A DNA stretch of 64,000 bases, taken from NCBI RefSeq assembly GCF_041956535.1, contig NW_027192192.1, positions 245,051 to 309,050 on the forward strand, in the 5' to 3' direction. The position numbers were made by a program, and so were the translations under genes. Positions 1 to 12,600 of this stretch are shown here, one piece after another (position 1 is the stretch's first letter; each line of letters starts with the position of its first letter). Origin of the DNA: Calcarisporiella thermophila CBS 279.70 (taxonomy: Eukaryota; Fungi; Calcarisporiellomycota). The notes below the pieces were generated by a model. That model saw only the letters and a program-made list of their open reading frames with translations, was not told the DNA's origin and searched no databases.

Positions 1-1345
1 AGGACTTGAGGTGGGGGCTAGGCTCTCGACCATGGTCATACTATAGGAGGGGTTCGAGATGGGCGTACTGCGCCCCAGCAGATGGTTCAACAGCCCGGTG
101 ATGGTATAGATGCGACCGCTGTAAGGGACGAACCGGGTGGTCTCGATCACGAGCTGGGAGACGACGGTCAGCTTTTCGCTCACGTTCCGCGTGATATCCG
201 TCGACCCCAAAGGCACGATTCCGAAGAGGCGAGGCTCGATGGCCAGCTGAGGGAGAGTGAGAGAGTGGACGCGCGGCATCGAAATGCGAGACTGAGAGCT
301 GAGCGGGGAGGTTGCTGACCAGGTCCAATCAAACACGATCTGGAGGGTGAAGCGGGTGTTGTCTTCGCAGCATGCTAGGGGGAATAGGCAAGGAAAAGTT
401 AAAACAAGTCGCAATCTATAGGCACAATGAAGGCGGAAGCATACTGTTTACGGCGGTGAATATTGGCGTGCACAGGTTGAAGATGACGCACACTGTGAAG
501 TGGTAATCGGCAGAGAGCATCTGCGTGACGCCATGAATCTCGAGCCCAAGCTGGGTTTCATCGCTCGAGAGATACCAGGAAGCCGATTTAACGAGAACTA
601 GCATCGTAGAAACATCTCTTCATTAGTAACATATAAAATAATGCTCGTTCCTGTATCCATCAACACGATAAAGTTGCGCAGGAGCGCACACCCGCAGGTA
701 CACAACTCTAGACACTATGACCCCCGCTTAGTTTAAGGAACACTTACTTGTGTTGACACCCGCGGCCCAACGCGCCCACATTTGATATAACCATCCGCGC
801 GCGTCATAGTACAAATAGCTACAATTGCTGTCGATGCACATACAGGGCATGGGCGGGATCGGCCTGGGCTGCATGGAGCAGTTTCCAACGCTGGCCGGCA
901 TCGACGCCTGTATTTTGGCATTGACATCCGGCAGAATCGATGCGCTGATATTGTTGAGGAGCTGCACAAAGGCCCTGCTTTGATCACGCGTGAACTCTGG
1001 AAGTGTGCAGTTGGCACATGTGTCGGGCGGTGCTTCTGGCAGCATGGGGGGCGGGGGAATGACGCTGGGCTTATAGATAGTGACCGGGACTGAATTGGAG
1101 GGGCTTGAGGAGGGGCTGGCGGGTTCGCTGGTCGAGAGACCAAAACTGGACATGGGAGACGCCGAAACTGTGGGTGCCGAATGCAGGGACAAGGGCTTGT
1201 CATAGTGTGGCTGTTCGTTGAAAAGGGTGGGCACGGAGGGCTGTGGGCTGAGAGCTGGTGAGGCAGACGCAAGGGTTGAAAACAATAATAATAATAGCAG
1301 CGACGCAGCGGTGACGATAAGCACCCGGTATAAGTGCGTCTGCAT
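1..1345 (-). CDS. Secreted hypothetical protein (signal peptide, Ser/Pro-rich linker, Cys-containing globular domain); 3' end lies outside the window
   Basis: ATG at 1345 gives MQTHLYRVLIVTAASLLLLLLFSTLASA (signal peptide). Two GT-AG introns join the frames ...ARWAAGVNT/ILVKSASWY...FTAVN/TCCEDNTRFTLQIVFDW..., which stay open to position 1. Confidence 0.7.
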
Positions 1346-2546
1346 TTCCCTCTTCGCTTGGAGAGTTTTGTGTGGGTTGGGATAGGATTCATTTCCTCCC
1401 TCAGCTATCAGAGAGAAGAAGCGAAGAATATAACCACCAAGGACCAGGGCAGCAAACAACAACGCAGAAACAAGGAAAAAGAAAAAAGGAGCCAGGCGGA
1501 GCCAAGGGAGGCGAACACTTCGTGCTATGTATAAACAAGGGAAGCAGCAAACATGAATATATTCATCCCCAACGGTTTGGAGGGCCGGTTGACAAACAAA
1601 CAAAAATCCTTATTTTATCGAACGAATTTAGTAACGTCTGGTTTGAAATAATTATTAACAACGAAAAAAATAATTCTCATGGTTGTAATTGAAACTAGTG
1701 GTGTCATTTCTAAAAATACGCATGTATACAGGGGAGGTTACGAAATGCTTGGCAGGACCACTTTCCATTAAGCATAAAAGGCACATTGAAATTATAAGGG
1801 ATTTCCGCATGGTGGCAAAGGATGTCATCAGTTCGATACCAGACCGCCTCGAATACATAAACTGTAGCGGTTCCATAGAACTAAATGAATGAAAGGCCTA
1901 CGTGCTGCGTAACATACTGTAGTGAACATGAAGGTCTTACTAATGAACCATAGGGTCTGCAATAAAGGAGTCCACCCCCTTGGGTCTATTCCCCCTCGGG
2001 TTACTTGTCGGTAGATAGCAAAACGAAATGAGATAATGGTTCTGTGACGTCAGCTAGCAAAGATCCCCTCCTTTTAACATGCCTCCATGGTGTGGGTAGA
2101 TCTTAAGGGTGTACGAGTCAATGTGTACTATTAGCCTGAACTTTGAACTTGTATGTAAGCATATAATTTATATATTTCATTATAGGCTGATAAAGTCTCG
2201 GAACTCTAATCGATTTCTGGGCAAATTCAATGGAAACAAAGTATTAATAAAGAGTATATTTTACAGAAAAATCAACAGATAGGCTAGAACTAAATAAAAA
2301 ATTCCAGTATCTACACTCTCAGCCCCTAACGGTGTGTCTCGTTTTTCAAACACAAACAAAAAGTTCATACTAGAGTAAATCAGAGAGGAGGGAATAGGGA
2401 GTCAAAAAAAAGAACAGAACAGATTACAATATAAAAATCTTCAGTAAATAAACCAAACAGTATATATAATATTTTTTCTTGGCTTCGAATAACATAAACG
2501 CAGTTTTACGGAGGGGTTCCAATAGCACCTATATATCACTACTGTA

Positions 2547-4868
2547 TTACATGACAAACGCCCCAAACGACCTCGCACCAAAGGTGAGCTTGGGAACTGG
2601 AGGCGGATTGTCCTTTTCTTTGTTGCCCGATGATTTGAAGGACTTGACCGATGCGGCCTTTCCGCTGGAGGATTTGATGGACACCGCGTCCGAATCTAAG
2701 CTCGAGCTAGCGAGCGGCTCCTCCTTCTCTCTCCGGTCTCCCTCCTTCCCTTCTAGAGATTCACCATTTGCCACGGGGGGAATAAACATATTCCCGGATC
2801 CGGCCATGAAGTTGAATGCACTTCCTCCCGACATCGACGTTGGCAGCGGTGGCGGAGAGGATCCATTCGCCCCTCCTACCTCACCCGAAGAGCCACTGCT
2901 GGTCGATTCGGCGCGAGATGGCTTGACATTGGCAGTATTTTCTCGACGAATTGGAATGTTGTTGCCGGGCTGATTGAGATATCGCACTGCCTCCATGAGC
3001 CGCATCACCCACTCACGCTGCTCTGTATCGGAATTGGCGCGGATATAGTGCGGCTTCTCTGTATTTTTTTCGCGGATTTCAAAGCAGTTCGGCTGACCGA
3101 CGGCGCGCTGGTCCACATGAGAAACGATTGCCTGGTAGAGCTCAATTTGCGTCTGTGATATGTGACATGAGAACCAAAAAAGCCATTAACAGGGGGGAAA
3201 GAACAGAAGGGGTGGCGGAATGCATTCAACTCAAGCTGGGATCATTTACCTTGAACAGATACATATTCTTCTCCTTCGGCTTACAGATGATCAATCGATC
3301 TGTAAACAGGAAGTAGGCTCGCGGCTCGACCGAGGATGCATGGTTCGGGTTCACTTTGAACATGTTCCCTTGCAGAAGCAATTTGCGGTGAGGAGCAACG
3401 ATAGGCTGGGGGAGATTGATGATGTTGTTCTGGAGCTCATGGATACGTCGCTGATTTTCTGCTTCCCGGATACTGGTAGAGGAGAAGTTGCGCCAAACCA
3501 GGTCAGCACAAAGGCAATTTCAGATTCAACTCAGTGTATTAACATACTTGTCATTGACATCCTCGGCAATTCTGGCGATTTGGCTCACGCATTTGGTCAA
3601 GTTGCGGTAGTCGGGGTGGAGTGGATCGGTGCGATTAAGCAGCGCCTCGATAAGAAGCTTGTAACGTGGAATGCGCTGAATCGGCAAGAGGAGATGCGCC
3701 TCCAAATTCATCTTTTGTAGCCGTGGATCCTCATGGCATTGCTAAAGTTGAAAGTATCCCATTTAGCATCTAAATAAAGCGACGAAGCTAGTAAAATACG
3801 CACATCTAAAAATTTTTTGAAGTTGGTGTTGGTTTTAAGTAGTTTCTCTATTGTCATGATGGCAACGGGGTAGCTAGAATAAATGGAAACTCGGTTAACC
3901 CCATCTTCCAAACACGTTCCCCAACCCTCAACACTCACTTCTTCAAGTAATGGCTATACATTTTAAGATATGGATTCTAGGTAGAGGCAAAGTAAATGAC
4001 GAGATTTAGCACGTTGGAGAATGCAATGTGAATGGAGCGTCAAAGAAGCCCACCGTTTTCAAAAATATGTCGCCCACAATCTGCGTTGGGCCCCATATCC
4101 GCTCCCGCTCTTCCAGATCGCTGAGAAGCTGCTCGTGGAACTCGAGGATTTGCTCCACATTGCAAAATATAAAGGACAGCTCCTCCTGCGTAATGATCGG
4201 TTTGGTATGGCTGAAGAGCGACGAGGAAGCGGGGGCGGCGGAAAGTTTCTCTAAGAGGGGGCGTAGGAAGATGTCGCGGATCTTGCGGAGCCCCTGGATA
4301 TAAGACCGTTCCGAGGAAAAAATCTCTCGAGCGGCCAATTCGCGCTTTCGAAAATTCATCTCAGCATCTGTGCAAGGGGGGGTGTAGAGGATACAGAAGA
4401 GAGCAAGTCAGCAACATCCTTCTCACCCTAAGCTCATTTGCATGGATGATCACCTATATATTCATTATGGTCGTCATCGGCGTAGAACTCGTAGAGCTCG
4501 TCGATAATCGAAAAATGGTCCACGTAACTGTTAGTCATTGGCGGGTCGACGGCCATTCGCTGGCTGGGAGCCTCCGACACCACTGAGGGTGCCGCCACTT
4601 TAGCTTGGGGGACATGGTAGCTGGATATGGAGTGTAGGCTCATAGAGGGGCTTAAGGGGGTTGGGGGAATTGCCTGGGAGTAGTAAGAGTCCGAAGCGTT
4701 GCGATACCGCCCTCCGCCAAACTCCTCAAAGGCAAGGTGCGAGTCACCGGGATAATTCATGCGAGGGGATTGCCGAGCAGGAAGCATATCGAGTCGAGCG
4801 GGTCTACGCTGGGTGTCGTGGGGCATATACCCTACGCGGTCGGTATGTATATTTTCATATGTCTGCAT
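2547..4868 (-). CDS. Rho guanine-nucleotide exchange factor (DH + PH domains), multi-exon
   Basis: DH motifs REIFSSERSYIQGL and LLLPIQRIPRYKLLIEALL. PH segment KLLLQGNMFKV...YFLFTDRLIICK...YIRANSDTEQREWV. Exons linked by GT-AG introns. Confidence 0.88.
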
Positions 4869-7638
4869 TTTTCTGTTTCGCTTATTATTGTCACGCTAGT
4901 GCTAATTAGTAACAACTCAACATTAAATTCAGAATGATTCTTTTGCGAAGGCGAGGGATGTCGAAGGGGGGGGGGGAGCGGCGGCGTGAATTCGAAGCTT
5001 CTATTAGGATTCGGGGCTGGGGGAGCAGAGGAGAGGCTAGCAAGAGGGGGGGGCAGCGCGAGATGAGGAGGGACAGGAGAGAAGAGAAGAGAAGAGAACT
5101 TGGAGTCAACTAGAACGGAAAAAAAAGTGTAAAGCAGCCGTTTCCGTGGCATGTTGCACAGCTACAAGGACGCAAAGCTCGAGGCCCCTCCCTCTCCTCT
5201 CAGAGAGATCTTCTATTTTCTCGTTCCAAAGCGTGAAAGCCACGCAATTTTGAGTTAACATAAGCTTAAATTTGGAGTTTTTCATCGCTGGCTTACTGCG
5301 CGTTTATACGGGCATGCAGCCAGTGGCCCTGGCCGGAAAAGCCGAGGAACAGCGGCCCTCCTCCCTCGAGGGCATTTGATTGTTTGAGGGTCGAACTCGG
5401 GAGAAAAGAGTTGCATAGCTGGAGTCTGGCGTGAAAATCATTTTCGACATAGGCTTTGCGTCCAGCGCCCTCGCCCTCGCCCTGCCAGCCCCTGGAGCGT
5501 CGGCGCCGTGCGGAGCCGTGCGGAATGCGGTCGCAACCCCGCATTTTGGCGGCGAGGAGAGATAGGAACGGGAGCCCCACAGCTGGCAGGCCGAGATTTC
5601 GTGATTAGGAGGGAAGGACTCGTCGTTATCAGCAATCAACCCAGCCGTCGTGAGTGTTTTGGCCTGAGACTTTGTGCTCGTGTAGCTTAATCTTGTGTGG
5701 CCGGCAGAAGAAATGCGGCCAGATGACACAACCAAAAGCGGCTACTCCGCTTCAATTCACACGACGAAGTTTATTAAAAATTTCTCCCGAGCGATGATTA
5801 ACGCTACGCGCCTACTGATGCCCTCCCTCCACTCCGAGACTGCAGAGAAAGATAGCCTCATGCTTGAGCTGCGGTGGCCCATGAAGCTTGCCAGCACCTT
5901 AAGTGTAAGTTATTAACCGCCTGGAGGTTGAAGGCATCCGCGAGAGAAGAAACGGCCCCCGGCACCGACCAGGTCCTTACAGGAACCGTGTAAACAACGT
6001 TGAAGGGCGGGGCCGCACGGCACGCCTTGCCCGGCAGCACTGGCCACAATGGAACCCGCGAGTCCCATTAGAGTGCTCGGGTTTCGGCCATGGTTGGTGT
6101 CAGAATCATCCCCTGAGGTGGAGTGACCAGTATTGCAACCGAGCGGCGATATTGGATCTTTCTACTGAATGACCTGCGCCCCACCTGGATTTCTTCGTGC
6201 CTGAAACACCTCGCCGGCCGGTGATTCGTGCGAGCTAGTGTGGCTTTCTACATCGGGCAAACCGTAAATTGGTGGCTTGTATTTCCTAACCAGGATTGGA
6301 GGAGGAGGGTGGGGCAAACAATTAAATCTTATTGACGGCACAGTAGAATACACTGTAACGGATGCGTAAGGAGGCCGCTGTATTTTGCTAAGATGCACCC
6401 TTGAATGCCTGTGCAGCCCTCCTCCAACCCTCCTCGCCAGGTTAGTGAAGGGTCACGAGGATCTCCAAATGCTTGAATAATCGCAACAGCTGTCCCTCCG
6501 CTTTAAGGTTGCTGATAAAGCCTGCTGTATTAAGCAGAGAAAATCAGAGAAAAACGGATGGGAATAGATGGGGCCAGCTCTGAGCTTACTGGCCTCTGAA
6601 CGCTGCAGAATTTTACACGTCGGATGCAGAATCTCGGAATCGTGGGATGGGGCATGGTTTCGTGTGTGTGGGAGATAATGAAACGGCCAAGGGTGAGCAG
6701 CCCTAAGGGGCCGTAAGCGGAGGATTAGCATTCAATAGAGAACCGAGGTCGAAATGCATTGGCGTCGATCGGCCCAGCTTTTTGTGTCGATATACTTGTT
6801 GCATAATAATTCTTTCCACACACACCCGAACTGATAGGTTAATGCTAGGTTTTCCGCCCTGAGTTTGCCAACAAACCGAATCTCGTCTATCATCGCATTA
6901 TAAGAGGCAGGCTTAGCATGAATTTATGTATGTATAAAATCGCCAAGCCTGTTTATGTGTGAGCAGCATACTCCATAGTATTCTAAAAGTTATAAAGAGA
7001 TTTGGGCTTATTCATCCTCACGGTGGCTAACCCCTCGAAGCCGTTGAGATGGGTAAGCAAGAATAAATATGGAGCTATTGCTGAATGGCTCTCGAGTATT
7101 TCTGTATATGAAACTAAGTTTTAAAGGCCCAACATGTTTGTATCTAAAATTAGCTTAAGGAGAAATGGGCGGCAACAAAACTTTCACGTTGCCTGAAAAG
7201 CTGCTTCTCTTGCCGTCTATTGTGCTCTATTCCTCCAGCGGCAGACCGTGGCAATTTGCCACATACGAATGGAAAGACCTCTGGGAACCTAAAAAACAGG
7301 GGCCAATCCCAAACTTATTCAAAAGTAGGCGCTGAATATCCATTGTATCGGATTTGAATAATAGTAAGGAATCAAAACATTCGATGGGGGAGAGGGAGGG
7401 AGTAGTAGTAACCGCGATGTTGAAGAGGAAATGGCTATCCAATGCCGAACAAAAATCTTTCCAAAAATTATCAATGAAATTTGTATAAAGATTCTCTACT
7501 CTAGCCCTCTCAGTAACTTCATGAGAGTAAAATAGCCAAGCATCTATTCTTAAATTAGAGTTTCTAAGAAGAATCTCAAATAATTTTATTTTAGAAATGC
7601 TTGTTATGAACCCAACAAGGCAACTTTATACACAACGT

Positions 7639-8242
7639 TTAGCGTTGATAGCTCCACACACTATAATAGGAAAAGAGAGGGAGTAAGTATATGTGAGTTG
7701 AATAGACAATAGGGGCGGGTATTTACTTCTTGAGGACTAGAGAGATGAGGGGAATAACCAGTCGGTGAAAGACAGATAGAACCACAGAGTTAGCACACAG
7801 TCTCAGCGAATGCTTTTCAATCTTTCAATACTCACGTCCATCGTTGGTGGCCAAGCGATTCAGGCAGTCATCAGACTCTCCTTGGGCACGAACGAAGCCG
7901 CACAACGCGTAAGTGGTGGAGGAGCCAGTGAGGCGGCCAGAGGCATCGACATCGCCAATGTTGATCTGGACGGAAGCGTGGTCCTTAGCTGTGATGAGGC
8001 GACCAGTGGCCGAGCTGATTATAGCAAGAGTAAATCATGTCAGTGATTCGAATATCAGAAATGGCAAACAAAAATGCAGTAAGAGGATGAAGCAGAAGGG
8101 CCGGGATTGGGGGGATATAAATTAGGGGGTAAGAAGGATAATAAGGGGAGGAAAAGCAGGTCATAGGGATCCATCTCTATCCAGATACTCACCACTTGCG
8201 CGGGATGTAGAGGTCAACAAGTTTGTGCTGCTCGTTCTCCAT
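7639..8242 (-). CDS. RPS21: 40S ribosomal protein S21 (eS21), 4 exons including a 10-nt microexon
   Basis: Spliced translation [40 protein letters not shown]...[35 protein letters not shown]. Not represented in the ORF track. Confidence 0.96.
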
Positions 8243-8744
8243 CGCTAGAATATAACGTTTTTCTTTCCCAAATATACAAAATTGAGATGGAAAAAAGAAA
8301 GGGAAGGTTCTATTGTTGTTGTCGCTCGAGATATTTGTTTATTCTTTTTCCACGAAAAATTTTTGATGACGTATGACTTAGCCACCCACTGCAAGAGCAA
8401 GTCACGCTAATCTCGTTTCTTTGAATGAATGAATTTGACCGCGTAAAATATGTCGTCCGACGAGCATGCAGAGAGCCCCAATTCGGTGGAGAACAGGGAA
8501 GAAAAAGCACCATCCCGCGACCTGTTAGATCCTCACTATGATGCCTCTGTAATATGGCTACCAGTCTAACCGGCATTCCGCTTTCTCTTCTCTCTTAGCA
8601 ACGCGACGGTGCAGCTTCTCCAACAGAGTATACAAGGCATCCAGCAGTCTTTCGGCGTGCTCTTCTCTGTAAGCTGCCCCCATATTTACAGTGCATTATA
8701 TACGCGCCCGCTCATCTCTACCCATCCTTGCTTTTACAAAGTCC

Positions 8745-9823
8745 ATGGCCAGCAACTTGAAGCAGAGCATGGAGATCACGGGAACCATGAATTCAGTGAT
8801 GGAGCAATTCCTGAAGTCGAGTGTTCGGATAAGTATGCCTCAGCTCTTCTAAGTCTTTTGTTTGTTTACGGCATCATCTAATCGCAATTCGCCCACTCCT
8901 CAATAGGCACCAAGATATCCGGGAGCAGGCTTGTCCTCAGCATAACCAACCAGTGTCAGATCCCTGTTCCAACCCCGAAATGTCAGTTAGAAACTTGGGT
9001 TCGAGGAAGTGAAGAAGTACGTGACCTGCATAGCATTTATCTTATGTATATAGGGGGAATCATTAACGGATTCATCCTCGCTTAGAAGGTGGAGATACCC
9101 ATTGTACCGCTTTCAAGCAAACTTGTCAAGCTCGGATCATCGGTGCAACCGATAGATGCACCGTAAGTTTTCCGTCTGTCTTCGTTGATATGTATCAAAG
9201 ATGGTTTACTAAGATCGCGGATGTTGGAATAGATCATTTACAACGGAGAATTTTGCATTGCCAGCAATGGCTCAGCACGTCGAAACCATCGAACTTAAAC
9301 CGCCACGACTAGATCAAGTATATTGCGGCTTGTTCTCTTAAGTCCTTGCGTACTTTGAAGTCTAACCCTTCTTTTGAAGTATAATGCCAAGTGTACGCTC
9401 TCATTCCCAAGCCCCGGAACTGGGCAGACACTCACCATTACTCACGAGTTTGGAATTTATTTAATTGATCAGGTAAAACCTAAATTGAGGGTGGAGGAGA
9501 GCCAAATTTGAGCTTTATTTCGAAATTTTCCTTAGCTACAAACTTGCATATCCGAAACTGAACCATCTCTGCCAGAGGTTGGGACGATCAAGCTTCAAAT
9601 TGCATTCTTACGTGAGATCTGTCGTATCCCTCCTGCTATGGGAGTTTCGTCCGACTTGCGGGTTGATCTCTCCACCCCTGGCGAGAGCAACGGGGTCGTG
9701 GTTGCCCAGATTCATATCCTATCCATCGAGGATGATGGTTTAATTGCACAGTGCAAGGTGTCAGGTGTCGAGACGGCCGGGGTCCTGTTAAAAGAGTTAG
9801 AAAGGCTCAGTCCGAGCAACTAG
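8745..9823 (+). CDS. Hypothetical protein, 6 exons, divergent from RPS21
   Basis: Five GT-AG introns give one open frame: MASNLKQSMEITGTMNSVMEQFLKSSVRISTKISGSRLVLSITNQCQIPV...YNAKCTLSFPSPGTGQTLTITHEFGIYLIDQ...LLKELERLSPSN*. Confidence 0.75.
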
Positions 9824-9952
9824 CCAACTTTGATGTAGATACACGATGAATAATAAGTCTGAATCCTCTACTGTTAACATAAAATCTTCCATAACTACTC
9901 GATGGAATTGAAATACTCATTCTTGACTCTGGGAATACGTTGATATGAAGCC

Positions 9953-10008
9953 CGATTCGTTCCGTATTTTGCATCCAACCTTGGAAACTTGAAGTATTAA
10001 GCTAATAC
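9953..10008. repeat. 56-bp identical direct repeat (second copy at 12265-12320), part of the LTR
   Basis: CGATTCGTTCCGTATTTTGCATCCAACCTTGGAAACTTGAAGTATTAAGCTAATAC occurs at both positions. Confidence 0.95.
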
Positions 10009-10197
10009 TGAGTATAACTAAAATAAGAGAAGAATTACATTAAAGAGAAACATTCATAAACTTCTGAGATTACGAATATCTTATCCTTATTCTATATACT
10101 ATCTTATATTCTACGTAACAGATCCCCCCTCTTAAAAGGCCAACGTCCCCGTGGCCACAGTTACATCCGAAAATACACAACTCCCAGGTTCACCAGA

Positions 10198-12264
10198 TCA
10201 GTACTCCTTTCCCCACAAGAGGTGGATATTATTGTCGTTATAAACCCACGTTCCGTTTTCAGCAGTTGTGGAAGAGTTTGCGACTACCTCCGGTATGAGT
10301 GATTGAGAATTCGAATAAGGCCGCAAGTTATCTCCATTGACTGGTGTTGATAAATCTACACCCGATGCGTCACGAATAACGTATGCGCCTTTCCCCAGGA
10401 CTTTGGAGACCGTATAGGGCCCCACCCAACGAGGATCAAATTTGAAACGATCATGTTGATAAACCAGCACTTCATCTCCGACAGAATAGCACCTTTTTGT
10501 CACTCCACTGTCATATCTCTCCTTCATCTTACGCTTCTCCCGTCGATCTCTATCTTCTACCTCAGCTCTCACTTCCGGTAAAGTTTCCTCGATTTTCTTG
10601 GTCCTCCATTCGAGCTCGTCTTCAAAAGCGCCTTCGACAAACTGACCACTTCTTGGTGTCCATACGCTCGGGGTAAGTGCAAGCTGACCAATAAGTAATT
10701 CCATCGGTGTCTTGCCAGTAGCAGCATTGGGCATGGTTCGAAAGGCTAACAAGGCTGCCTCCAGCTTATCATCCCAATCGATATGCTTCTCACCGATCTT
10801 CGCCAAGGTTTGCACCAGGGTTTGTTTAGCTCTCTCAACCATCCCATTACTCTGAGGCCTGTAAGATGTCGTTGGAGAGGCGCGGATTCCGAGACGTCGT
10901 AAATATGCTGTAGTAAGCTCGCTCACAAAATTCGCTCCTCTATCCGAAATCAGCTGTCGCGGGCATCCAAAATGGGAAATTACCTCCTGGAATAGGAAAT
11001 CAATAGTATCCTCCATTCTGATGCTGGGTACCGCGCGTGCCATTGGGTACCTGCTAAGATAATCGATTGCCACCAATATATAACGGTTTCCACGTCGAGT
11101 AGTCGGAAGAGGACCGATTGCATCGATGCCCACTATTTCGAACACCCTTCCGCTTTCGATCGGTCGCAGTTCTTCGGATCTCTCCCTGTTTTTCCGCTCT
11201 TGACAGCGAACGCACGTCTGAACAACCTTTTTGACCACTTCGAACAACTGTGGACCGGTGAATCGTTCTTTCAACTTGCGCCAAGTGTTGTTGATACCAA
11301 GGTGACTCTCTTCGTGGACCCTCTGAACCGTCGCTTCCGCGTTGCCAGTGTGAAGTACTTCAATAGGGTATTCCCCTCGGGGCCTGCGTAAAAACAGTTT
11401 CCCATTTTCCGCACGGAATTTTGCCGACCATCTCCGTATTTTTCGTCGCATTCTTTCGTCGCAATCATTCAGATAACGAAGTTCAGTCAGGTATTGATAA
11501 ATCGTAATCCATTTCGCAAGATCCATAGCTTGTCTTATTCTCCTTCTCTGACCATCGTCGATATCCACCGCCGCTTCACCATCCACACCATCACCCTCTC
11601 CGGATCCGTCCTCGTCCTCGCCAATTATGTTGACAGGGAGTCTGGAAAGAGCATCAGCAGGATTCAGAGAAACCTTACGATGACGAACGACATAATCATA
11701 TTCACGTAGATACATAGACCATCTAGCAATCCGCCCCACGGGATTTTCCGAATTAAAGATGTTGAGAAGGGCAGAGTGATCAGTAACTAAGATAAATTGA
11801 ACACCAACTAGGTAATGACGAAAATGTTGAATTGCCCAAACCACCGCTAAACCTTCGAGATGAGTTATAGAGTAATTCTTCTCCGCTCCCCTCAACCCTC
11901 TGCTCGCGTAGGCGATTACTTCCTCGTTCTGTATTCTTTTTCCACCATCGTTAACATCGTTGCTATCCGCCTGAGAGAAAATAGCACCCAATCCTTTCCC
12001 GGATGCATCGGTCGTCAGTATTAACACTTCACTTTCATCGCGGTACGCCAATATCGGTGTGTTCGTTAGTGCATTCTTCAAATCCGTTACCGCCTCACTG
12101 TGTTGCTCCGTCCAATTCCACTTAACATCTCTCTTAAGCAAATCATTAAGTGGCCATGCGCGTTCAGAAAAATTCCTTATGAATCTTCTGTAATATGACG
12201 CCAGACCTAAAAATGCTCGAAGCTCTCCAATATTAGCTGGATTCGGCATATCACGCAGCTTTCT
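10198..12264 (-). CDS. Ty3/gypsy Pol fragment: RT thumb/connection, RNase H, integrase (HHCC, DDE, GPY/F)
   Basis: LRAFLGLASYYRRFI; TDASGKGLGA; NYSITHLEGLAVVWA; H-H-C-C zinc finger; VGIDAIGP / ISDRGANF / NGMVER; RWVGPY. gag, protease and the RT YxDD core are absent. Confidence 0.92.
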   Translation of the reverse strand, partial: RKLRDMPNPANIGELRAFLGLASYYRRFIRNFSERAWPLNDLLKRDVKWNWTEQHSEAVTDLKNALTNTPILAYRDESEVLILTTDASGKGLGAIFSQADSNDVNDGGKRIQNEEVIAYASRGLRGAEKNYSITHLEGLAVVWAIQHFRHYLVGVQFILVTDHSALLNIFNSENPVGRIARWSMYLREYDYVVRHRKVSLNPADALSRLPVNIIGEDEDGSGEGDGVDGEAAVDIDDGQRRRIRQAMDLAKWITIYQYLTELRYLNDCDERMRRKIRRWSAKFRAENGKLFLRRPRGEYPIEVLHTGNAEATVQRVHEESHLGINNTWRKLKERFTGPQLFEVVKKVVQTCVRCQERKNRERSEELRPIESGRVFEIVGIDAIGPLPTTRRGNRYILVAIDYLSRYPMARAVPSIRMEDTIDFLFQEVISHFGCPRQLISDRGANFVSELTTAYLRRLGIRASPTTSYRPQSNGMVERAKQTLVQTLAKIGEKHIDWDDKLEAALLAFRTMPNAATGKTPMELLIGQLALTPSVWTPRSGQFVEGAFEDELEWRTKKIEETLPEVRAEVEDRDRREKRKMKERYDSGVTKRCYSVGDEVLVYQHDRFKFDPRWVGPYTVSKVLGKGAYVIRDASGVDLSTPVNGDNLRPYSNSQSLIPEVVANSSTTAENGTWVYNDNNIHLLWGKEY

Positions 12265-12600
12265 CGATTCGTTCCGTATTTTGCATCCAACCTTGGAAAC
12301 TTGAAGTATTAAGCTAATACATCGCATTGAAATACTTCCCGCTCATTTTTCTCCCAAAGAGGCTAGACAACGTGGGCTTAACCTGTCTATTGCTTTCACA
12401 TTCGGGCTTAACCACTGCCCAATAACGTTTTTTTTTTTTTTTGGAAAACAAAAGCGTCCTCTGTATTTGTTTTGGAAGATATCATCATATTGTACAGTAA
12501 TTGGATTGGAAGATAGCAAAATCACGGTGAAAAAATATGGGGTGATAGCATAAATAATTGTGGTTTTATAAACAATTTTTTTAAAAAAAAAAACGGCTCT

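Larger units (their letters stand above)
9941..12320 (-). mobile_element. 5'-truncated / internally deleted Ty3/gypsy LTR retrotransposon
   Basis: ~180-bp 3' LTR at 9941-10120 (TGTTACG...CATATCA on the minus strand), preceded by a polypurine tract (AAGAGGGGGGATC, 10121-10133). pol remnant in RT-RH-IN order. A 56-bp LTR piece is repeated identically at 12265-12320. Confidence 0.9.

Noticed and set aside
5385-5402. B-box/T-loop-like GAGTTCGACCCTC on the minus strand
   Set aside because: Only a 3-bp stem; no cloverleaf can be built, so no tRNA was called.
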